Source of the DNA: Paraspadella gotoi
Lineage: Eukaryota; Animalia; Chaetognatha
Direction of reading: 5' to 3'
Assembly (NCBI GenBank): GCA_051294375.1
Contig: CM119265.1
Location: forward strand, 26,015,748 to 26,079,747
Length of the DNA stretch: 64,000 nt
This document shows, in pieces, positions 54,150 through 64,000 of this stretch (positions are counted from its first letter, which is position 1; the number at the start of each line of letters is the position of its first letter). Both the position numbers and the translations under genes were made by a program. The notes under the pieces are model-generated. The model was not told the origin of the DNA. It saw only the letters and a list, made by a program, of their open reading frames with translations, and did not search any database.

Positions 54150-55182
54150 ATGAACGACTGCTCCGGTCATTTCACGAGTCATTGCTCTTAAATGGTCGCC
54201 TCATTAGCTCGTTTCATCATCGAGTGAACAACAAATTATTCGTCTTTCACTATTTTTTTTTTATAATTTTTTTTTATCTTTATCGTAAAATTTCTTGTCG
54301 TTAATCNNNNNNNNNNNNNNNNNNNNNNNNNNNNNNNNNNNNNNNNNNNNNNNNNNNNNNNNNNNNNNNNNNNNNNNNNNNNNNNNNNNNNNNNNNNNNN
54401 NNNNNNNNNNNNNNNNNNNNNNNNNNNNNNNNNNNNNNNNNNNNNNNNNNNNNNNNNNNNNNNNNNNNNNNNNNNNNNNNNNNNNNNNNNNNNNNNNNNN
54501 NNNNNNNNNNNNNNNNNNNNNNNNNNNNNNNNNNNNNNNNNNNNNNNNNNNNNNNNNNNNNNNNNNNNNNNNNNNNNNNNNNNNNNNNNNNNNNNNNNNN
54601 NNNNNNNNNNNNNNNNNNNNNNNNNNNNNNNNNNNNNNNNNNNNNNNNNNNNNNNNNNNNNNNNNNNNNNNNNNNNNNNNNNNNNNNNNNNNNNNNNNNN
54701 NNNNNNNNNNNNNNNNNNNNNNNNNNNNNNNNNNNNNNNNNNNNNNNNNNNNNNNNNNNNNNNNNNNNNNNNNNNNNNNNNNNNNNNNNNNNNNNNNNNN
54801 NNNNNNNNNNNNNNNNNNNNNNNNNNNNNNNNNNNNNNNNNNNNNNNNNNNNNNNNNNNNNNNNNNNNNNNNNNNNNNNNNNNNNNNNNNNNNNNNNNNN
54901 NNNNNNNNNNNNNNNNNNNNNNNNNNNNNNNNNNNNNNNNNNNNNNNNNNNNNNNNNNNNNNNNNNNNNNNNNNNNNNNNNNNNNNNNNNNNNNNNNNNN
55001 NNNNNNNNNNNNNNNNNNNNNNNNNNNNNNNNNNNNNNNNNNNNNNNNNNNNNNNNNNNNNNNNNNNNNNNNNNNNNNNNNNNNNNNNNNNNNNNNNNNN
55101 NNNNNNNNNNNNNNNNNNNNTCGTCCTTTTCTTTTCCTTTTTGCATTTCCTCCACCAAATTTAAACGTCCGTCTCTCAACCC

Positions 55183-55218
<36 letters not shown>

Positions 55219-55529
55219 TTCGGCGAGGCCCCTGTAAATAACACTTTCGAAATGCATAGCAATAAAATGGAAATGGTGGCACTAAAAGAGTTTCTAGATC
55301 TTTGAGGGACGAGGTATTTGTATTTATATTTTAAATCTTTCATTCGTTCGTCATCGACTCCAAACTGGCGAATTTTAGATCAGCTGCTGAAGATTAATTC
55401 ACATTCTGGTCGCCACGGAGCGCGCCGCCGCCCGAAAAAAAAATAAAAAATAAAAAACCCGCCTCCCTGCCCTCATCTCCAAACCAAAAATAAGAAAAAA
55501 AAAAAAAACAAAAAAATGAAAAAATAGTA

Positions 55530-58500
55530 GCGAGTCTTAGCCTCAGGTGTCGCAACCAAGCCATTTTAAACAAGCGCACGAGAAGACCTCACAGCCGCTC
55601 AGTCAACTTGGGCTGTGACTTCCAAGAAGGACTCACGAAGAGTTGGCGACCGTCCAGAGGCGATCGACGATTGTCTCGGATTGGACGTCGGCCCTGGCGT
55701 TGAATGGTAGAAAACAGTACGATGGCATTGCTCATTGTGGATTGGAGAGATTCGCACCCTCCGGCAGGAGGGAGCGACACGTTGCGTCGCTAATAGAAAG
55801 GCCGTCGACGCGCATCAACCTCCCGCATGTCGACGAAGGAGAACACCAGCCGAAAGATAGTGCGAATTCTTTCCAAAGCAGTCTCCTAGAAACCGATAGG
55901 GTTTTTAAAATCACAATTTTACGAAAGAGGCGATTCACGCTGTCGCGATGGTGTATATCGACATGAGTAAGATTTCGTGGAAGCATCTTGCGCAACTCAC
56001 GTCTTGAAGACCATTTCCATATATAAAGCCAGGACCCGAGACACGCGCAAAGCGGAAAGCTCAGCATCTCTATAGTCATTCCTCCTACCGCAATAAAAGT
56101 GAAAAATGGGCGGATAGGAACAACGGGAGAATCGACGCGAGCGGCGACGTCCGCGTAAATTCTCACGGCGTCCTACCCCAAAAGGCTCGACATTATGAAA
56201 ATTTCAATTAAAAAACGTGTGTGGATGATGATAATACGGAGTGTCGTCTTCCCAGATCACAAAGCGAAAGTTCTGCGCTGTCGCGTTTCCATTTTTCCAA
56301 TTACGTCCACCACAAGGGTAAAATCATGTACTCGAGAGAGCCCGAATATTGCGAAACAAACGGGGAGAAAAACGCGACTTTTTGAACCCCGAATTTCTTG
56401 GAAACGATTTGCAACATACGTCAAACGGAACAACTCGAATTAAGTCCATGAACAAACGGTAAGACGAAATTTCGGCGGCGATGATGAGAAAACCTTACTC
56501 GAAGCCAAAACTCGACGCGACGAACACAGGAAGACGACGCCGTCACCCAACTCGGAGGCATCGAACACGCAGACTAACGTTTATCTCGGCGTTCGTCCTT
56601 CGTAATGGACCGACAGGGTCGCGCATCCAGAGATAAAAAATCTCAATGGAGAGTAAGTTTCAACTTTTCTTTTGCCGCTCGTCATTGCCGGCTATGAGAC
56701 ATAATCATTCGACAGAATTATTGTTACTAGAAATCGAAAGTCATCTCGCACACGTTGATTACGAGAACCCATCGTCGATGGCGCGGCGACTGAAAAATAG
56801 GCAGTCGAAAAGGTCGACGATCTCGACGAGCAGAGTGCTGCCTCGTTGTTCGATCTTGAATACGAAGATCACAGGTCGTTGAATGAAATCTCGCGGGAGT
56901 CGGCGATCGCATGGCCGCAGTGGGGCCGCCAATGGTCCTTTTCCACATCGCAATGAGTAATATATCACTCCTATACATTCCGGCGATGATTTCGAATCTG
57001 CTCGGCATCCACTGAGATGAGTGCAGAAGATGAAATCTATTTTCTCCGCTGCCGATGAAAGCGTCGTCATCCGACGTAAGAAGATGTCGGCAGTGGACAT
57101 CCTCCAGGTCCCAAGTTGGAACGCGTCGTCCAACTGAGAGATGCTTTATCTTATTTTCACGTACCATTGCCTAGGTGAGCTGTATGACTCAGATCGAGAA
57201 GATTTTAAAAGCGAGATAAGCTTGTAGTTTTTAAGTCACTTTGTAAGATGGAACGTTTAAAACGCAATATTTCTCACCATAAGTCCAAATAACGAGCTGC
57301 GCATCGTCGCTCGACGCACGCGATCTGATTAACGCCACACGGGCGGAGAAACGTGCTCCGCCGGCGGCTATACAGCAAAGTCACGACGTCTTCTGCCGAC
57401 GCCGATCCTGACTTATCGGCGGCGGCTCCGCATTTAATTTCCCGTTGCTCCGTCAAATCGACTAGCCCGGCCGTCGTTTTGCGCATCCTTTTTTCCGGCG
57501 ATGGTCGAATCATCCATATAGAAGAATGAGTGATGATGATTATGAGACGCACAAAAGCAACGTAACTCTTTGAATGGGTGACAATTGTCGGTACTTGACT
57601 GACCGGCATTCCATACAGTGTATGAAGCAAAGGGAAAGCGAGGCGATTGTTATTGCGGCCGATTGGCGGGATTTCCAACATTCGTTAGAATACTGTGGCT
57701 ACAGCTCCGCAATAAAATGTTGTCCTCGCACCGTGGATAATCTAAGTTCATTCCTTTGGCACGCCGGCATGGATAATTGTATGATTGGCTGCGCAGACGC
57801 CGGAGGTTTTCCCGGCGGATGCAGGGACGGCAGCGGCGGAGCTGCTCGATGATTCTTCTTTTTCGAAGTTTTCTTCGCCGCGACGGCGTTACGAGCTTCG
57901 CCGCTGTTCTTTGCTTTGGTTCCGTCGATGTAGAAACTTTTTCAGATTTTGGCCGATTAGGCCGTACGGAATTGAGAATCTCATGGTTTTTAGAAGACAA
58001 AAAACAGGAATTCACGGAATGATAAATCATTCAGAGGGTGAATGGCTGTTTAAACAAAATCCAATTTCCGCGCCCACTTATCTGAGAAATGTGGAATTCC
58101 TTTTCTCGCAGAGAAGAATCCGTCAATTACAGTGCTCCGCTCGATAGTTCGTGACGTGATCTCGCGAGCGACCATCTTCGTGCGTGCGAGTTTGAAAAGT
58201 TCTTGCAAACGCGGTGAAGGAAAGTGGTAGTGAAGAGGTGCCGCGGGATTCCGTTCGGCTCCGAGGCGCTTCGGAGCCAGAGAGGATCATCTCGATCATT
58301 CTTCCACCGTCGTCCGTCCAAACTGCCATTTTTTCTCTTGGAGAACGGCAAGGGCGTCGTCAAGACGAGCCGCGGAAAGAGTCCGGTCGAGATAAAAATC
58401 GAATCGATTGTGTGGTGAGCGGAACGCTTGGGGAAGAATCCATCGAACCAGAATGGGGAGTAGCATTCCGCTCAACTTCAAAAGGCATTCAGTGGCGCCA

Positions 58501-61200
58501 CCTCCTAATCGCACAGACCTCACGTGAAATGCGCGAAGTTGACGTTCAAAGTCTTAAACGCGACGAATTTTCGTCGACCCTGACATTTGGACGTCGCTGC
58601 TGAAGCATTCTGATGGCGAACATTTCGAGTTGACAAATCCTCGCTAAAAAAAACCCGTCGCCTTTGCAGCTGAGCGATACGAAGGTTTCGTCGAATCGGC
58701 GCCGTATCCGTGAGGATGTGCTCAGTCGTTTGATATGCCACGCAGACTTTTCAATCCAACGTCCGCGCGTCTCGGCGTTCAAACGCCGCAGCGGTAGGAA
58801 CGCCGGCTTGAAACGATAGAACGGGGAGGGGGGGGAGGATTCACTCCCCTTTCTCCATTCGGTCTCGAACGACGTGATCTTTCTATAAAAAGGTCCTTAT
58901 CCGCGTCGCGCAGAAACTCCATGGTAATGAGCGGGCAGATTGTGGCGACTCAGCGGCGGGCGAGTCGTCCTACATCTGTGGCTTCCGCTCCTCACGCCCA
59001 CCGCCTCCTCGCATGCCAACTTTATCCGGTTCCGTGAGGCGTTTCTGTTGTCGTTAAATGGTCGTCCGAGAGCACTGGATGAGAGAAGGGCTCAAGACGG
59101 GGGAAATTTCGATTGAGTATTTCGACCCATTCCGCTGTCTCGGGCAGATGAACTGGTCGAAAAGTGTTTAAAACGGATCATTCTCTGGCGTGGCCAAAAG
59201 CCGATTTGCAAGACCTTTGCAAAGATTTTTCTTCTTCTCTCCTATTTCTTCTCCGTTCTCGTACGTGATGCGCGTCGGATGCGGAGACAATGCGTAAACC
59301 CGTCTCCCGTCGTTTCACGCAACTCTCTCTTTCTAACCGATGCTTCTTGAAGAGTCGAATTAATCGCAGAAACAACTGGCGCTTTTCCTCCGACGTCGGA
59401 CGCGAGTACTGCTTCATTCAGAAACCCGAGCAACATCTTGTTGATTCTCGTTGGCGCTTTGTCGATGTCTGATTGAAGATTATGAACTCTCGTAACTGAT
59501 CCACAGGCGTGGTCGACAGTTCTCGCGGCCTATTATCTCGGAACCTTCACTGGGTTTACCGCTGAAGCGGCGTCTGCTCGGCAGTCGATGTCGATTGATT
59601 AGGGTAGGTGTGACGCTGACCTTTCCCACTCGGGCGCGCAGATTATCCACTTTGACGTCGATAACGACGTACTGAAGGATAATAAGACGGACGGAGCTGG
59701 ATACTTTTTATTCTTCCAGAGATCGATAGATGGGGTAGAGGAAACGGCCGAGCTGAGAGAACCGCCCGAAATCGCCGATCGGGATGGTTTGCAGCGACAG
59801 AATTGGCACCAGTGGTAATAATGGCGACTCTTCTGGAATCCTCCGGCATTGTCGCTGCAATCCTCTTGTTGCGTAGAATCAGAACGTCACTGTCGAAGTT
59901 GACAATGCACTTCCGATAGCCGAGATGAATGTCATCTGCTCTTCGATCTTGATGAATTTACTCTGGACCGAGATAGCGGCGGGCTTCCCAAGGGCTTTGT
60001 GGAGAGCCTGAAGGAAGTCAGCGACATAACCTCAACGACGTCTTCCTTCTCCATCTACCTTGCGGATGAATCAGAGATATGCGGATTCGCTCGTAGATCG
60101 TTTAAACCACGTATCTGTCCGCGTTGGCAATCCGGATGTTCTCTTTGCGTCGTGGCGCGCATCTCTGCTTCTGAAAATAGACACGCCACACATAAGGCCT
60201 TGATCCGACCGATTCAGACGTTGAGTGGTTTTTAATGAGGAAAGATTAACATCCGCAAGGGATCGGTTACTCGGGCCAGGCGACTGAGGCCATGGTTGCG
60301 CATTGAAGATGGTTTGTTTAGTAATAATTACGGATTGGCAAAGTATGGGAAGAGGGATAGCTGAGTGCCATAATTGGCAGTACGAGAAAGTGGTCGACAT
60401 ATTTTCCTCGTTTGCCGACTAGCCGGCAATAAAATCCCGTCTTACAAACGATCGACAAAAGTCCACGAAACCGCGAAAGGGGTGTTCTTCAGACGGCCTT
60501 CCCGGACGCTTCGAGTTTCTCGATGAAGTTAATCACTGGGTGGCTTAAGTCTTCCCGTTCTATTTCGTTGCCGCTGATGGTTTCGAGGCGGCGTTGAAGT
60601 CGAAGGAAAAGGCTTGCAGAAGTCGGTTGCAGCCGCCAAACGCGAAGACGAGACGTAAAAACGAGTCAAACCGGACTTCCAATCTCGCTGCAACTGAGAG
60701 AAGGAGCGGCGGATGCACAGTCCGTGAAAGTATCTACAGACGATGACCGTTGGCCCGGGGTGGCGGGGGGGGGGGGTCGTTCGCTATCCGAGGATCCTAA
60801 TCGCATGTAAGCAGTCCACGAAGGCGCGTTGCCGTGATTTACGTCCGATGGTCGATTGATAAATGGTTCCGTCGATGGAATCTCCGTCACTATCGCTTCG
60901 ACACCTAGAGATCGAACGCTGCGCGAACTTCTTCCGGCGGAATCCGCAAACTCGCGCCGAGGCGTAGAGAGTCTTCGACGAAGTACTTGAGCAGGGCCGT
61001 CCAAACGAAGACTTCTAATGATTCGAACTGAGTTCTGAGCGATGGTCTCTCCTTGAATTGCTGCAACTTCTGAGACTAATTCTCGCACTATGCAAGACGA
61101 GAGGAATTCGTTGGATTATAATGGTGCGAGAAGAGGACGATGGCGGACACAGAGGTTCATGGAAGGAATAAAATACCGCTCAGTCGTCGAGTGAGGACGA
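55530..61200 (-). mobile_element. Heavily disrupted BEL/Pao-type LTR retrotransposon internal region (gag-PR-RT-RNaseH-IN order on the - strand)
   Basis: ~5.7 kb of microsatellite-free, GC-balanced DNA. Frameshifted remnants on the - strand: LH..VDA(S)..GVIY (RNase H/peptidase A17-like, ~57030-56960), RV..P..PF and CACL..ALYMEMV (cf. CLxTRAVHLE, ~56140-56010), SPSS.HAGG (cf. PxSPxxGG, ~55845-55820), ETIV.RPL-like (~55680-55655), LFKMAWLRHL (cf. FWxxWxxEYL, ~55575-55545). Confidence 0.65.
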
Positions 61201-62730
61201 AAATGTCCCTCGGCAGAAGGCGAAGCCCAGGACTTTGACAAATACATTCGTGAAGTTGTTTTAGTAAGTTAGAAGTCCTGGGCAAGAATAACAAAACATG
61301 TAATACAAACTGCAGCAATATATATATAAAGTTTAAAGAATCTTTCTTAACTTGTTTCTGAAGCCAAATAGTAACAATAGCTTGCTTCCCTCTCAAAAAA
61401 AGTCCACCAATCCAGTGATCACGCAAAATAGTTTCCTTAAAACTAAAGATTCCGAGTTTGCTCTAAACATTAAATAAGGTGAAAACTAGACAGATTAGAT
61501 ATAGTCCACGTCGATAAATCGTAAATTAGAATCTATCGAAATCCGGTGAACCAATCAGAAATTGCCAAGAAATGCCTCGAATCTGTCCTAGGTAATACTA
61601 ACAACAAAAGTGAAAACCGAAAGATGTCGCTGTTGATCGTGAATAAGTTGGCAATTCTTGACGTCAGTTAAAAGAAAGAGCATCGGGAGAGGTGGAGAAG
61701 CTGGATTTCTTGTGATAAAAAGATAGTTTATTTTCGTAAACCTCCTTTTACCTGCGATCACTTATACCGATTTTACTTTCTTCTTTTTCTATCTTTTTTA
61801 ATTTCCTCCTCTTTTTCCTCCTCATTTCCTTTTTCTCCTTTTCCTCTTTTTTTTCCCATTCTGCCTCGTCCTGTTCTTTTCCTATTTTGCATTTCCTTCC
61901 ACCCAAATTTAAAACTCCGTTCTTCAAACCCAGTCTCCTCTCTCTCTCTCTCTCTCTCTCGATCTCCTCTCTCTTCCTCTCTCTCTTAATCTAATGCCCG
62001 ACCTCNNNNNNNNNNNNNNNNNNNNNNNNNCTCGCAAATTCTGCTTTGTTTGTTCGTCATTCGGATTAAACAGAGAAAAACCGCGAAAAAACGATAACGA
62101 TTTTCGACTTAAAAAAAAAAAATCGTCACAGCAGCAGCAGCAGGCTAATTTCTCCTGACAGCCGCCGCAGCGCCCGGCGCAGAAATAAAAACCTGCAGCG
62201 CAGCGTAAAGCCGGTCGCGGCAGCACATCCACGAGCATCAGCTACCGGGCTTCCTCCCGGGTCGTCACCCACAATCCATCCTTTTTCCCCGACCTTACCT
62301 CAAGCCCCAAAACTTCTTATTTCGGGTCAGTTCAATTCAGATTCTCTTAGGAACCATATTTTCCAAAAGGTTAATAATCAAGTAAGGGTAAGGGATTTGG
62401 ATCATGGATTGGTTTAGGATTAGTTTAAGGATTTAATAATAAAATATGATTAAATATTATTTATTATTTATTATTATTATAATTATTTATTATTTATATA
62501 CTAAAATAGTGCCCTTTCTTTCTTCTTTCTTCTTTTCCTTTTTCTCTTTCTTTTTTTTCTCCAATGATCTTCTTTTTCTTGTTTTCTTTTCCTTATTTTA
62601 CTTTTCCTTTTTTTCCTTTTTTTTCTTTTTTCTCCTTCAAGTTTCCTGTGTTTTTAATTTTCCTGTCTTCTTTCTCTTTCCTCTTTTCTTAACCATTTTC
62701 ACCTTAGCTCATTTTTTTCCTTCAAGGAGA

Positions 62731-62770
<40 letters not shown>

Positions 62771-62857
62771 ATAAAAATAATAAATAATAAATCAAAATCA
62801 ATAATCAAGATTCAAGATCTAAATCAATCTCTGCTCTCTCTTCCTCTCTCTTTCCTT

Positions 62858-62888
<31 letters not shown>

Positions 62889-64000
62889 ATCTCTGCTCTC
62901 TCTCCTCTCACTTCTCTCCCTCTCTCTACTCTTTCCCTCTCAGTTCGTCTCTGACACCCCGTATCAGTTTCTTTCTTATTTCCAGTTCCTTCGTACCGAA
63001 CTTTTAACTCTCTCTCTCTCTTTTTCCTTACTTTCCGCACTTCTTTCCTCTATGCAACGGCTTAGTACTGAACTTTCGGTGTCATTCAAGTCAATATGCA
63101 TGTTCATTTTAGGTGACATTTCTTTGATCATTCGCAGGTTATCTGTATTACTCAGAATTCTTTACAAGAAAATTATTTTGTCAAATAGTAATGCTTCATA
63201 TATGTTATCTTTATTTCTCATTACTCTCTGCTCTCTTTAATTGTTTTTCTCTCTTCCTTCAGGACCGTTTACTTTTACCCTTTTCTCTCTCTCTCTCTCT
63301 CTCTTCCTCTCTCTCTCCTCTTCTCTCTCTCTCCTCTCTCCTCTCTTCTCTACTCTCCCCTCTCTCTTCTTCATACTCCTCTCTCTCTTCCTCTCTCTCT
63401 CTCTCCTCTCTCTCGTCTCTCTTCTCTCTGCTCTCGTCTCTCTCTTCTCCTTCTCCAAAATTTTTAACTCAAGACAAACACCAAACTTGTTAGGACTCCA
63501 NNNNNNNNNNNNNNNNNNNNNNNNNTGTTAGACTCGCCAATTTCTTGTTCCCAAGAGAAAATATCAGATTTTCTTATTCTCTGGTGCCAAGTCAGACAAA
63601 ACTATCGACTTACTCGAGCAATTTCTGCACTACATGTATTATAACGAAATCAGGGAAATGAAAGAAAAACCGTAGTATAGATAAAAAAAAAGCGACATCT
63701 ATCGTCGGCCTAAACAAAACAACTTTTGTCGTCAGAAACAAAAGACACTAACGTAGAAAAATAAAATTCTTCAACGGCTCCCCGCTAAAACCTTTAACCT
63801 ATCCCATATTTTTTCCGCCTTTTCATTTTTTCCCCTTCCTTTGTCTCTTCATTTTTTCCCCTTTATTCTTTTCCTTTTTCCTCCCCAATTTTTTCCTTTG
63901 TTTTCTCTTTGTTTTATCCTTCATTTCCTTCGTTTTTATATTTTTCTTTGTTTTGTTTTCGTCGACTTGAAATCTCTCCCTTGATTTTTTTCCTTCATCT

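Noticed and set aside
61205-61610. 5' LTR and primer-binding site of the BEL/Pao element
   Set aside because: A ...GGGACA end is visible on the - strand, but there is no second LTR, clear TGG primer-binding site or TSD to confirm it.
62380-62432. Telomeric repeat (gtaagg/ttagg-like)
   Set aside because: Only a few degenerate units; not a real array.

Overview
Draft animal (metazoan) genomic sequence that is AT-rich, extremely microsatellite-dense ((GA)n, (GAC)n, (CAA)n, (TCAA)n, (TTA)n) and full of N gaps. Many 25-N gaps, noisy duplicate copies and fold-backs indicate long-read gap filling. Two spliced genes are well supported on the + strand: a complete 4-exon ChaC2-like glutathione-specific gamma-glutamylcyclotransferase (5885-7138) and a zinc carboxypeptidase of family M14A with B-type Asp255 (8319-13572), whose central exon(s) are absent from the assembly. 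Weaker exon chains suggest a small + strand gene (23047-35378) and a low-complexity - strand gene (52376-44745). Mobile DNA comprises a tRNA-headed SINE whose body resembles a circularly permuted twister ribozyme (two copies), two families of DINE-1/Helentron-like non-autonomous elements (one a ~3 kb insertion present in one copy of a locus and absent from another), a decayed BEL/Pao LTR retrotransposon (~55530-61200, - strand) and possible Penelope-type hammerhead remnants. The apparently identical 8544-bp-offset duplication (26880-35250 / 35424-43794) and several other duplications look like assembly artefacts. Almost all ORFs in the supplied track are microsatellite or N-gap noise. No database searches were run; all calls come from reading the sequence.
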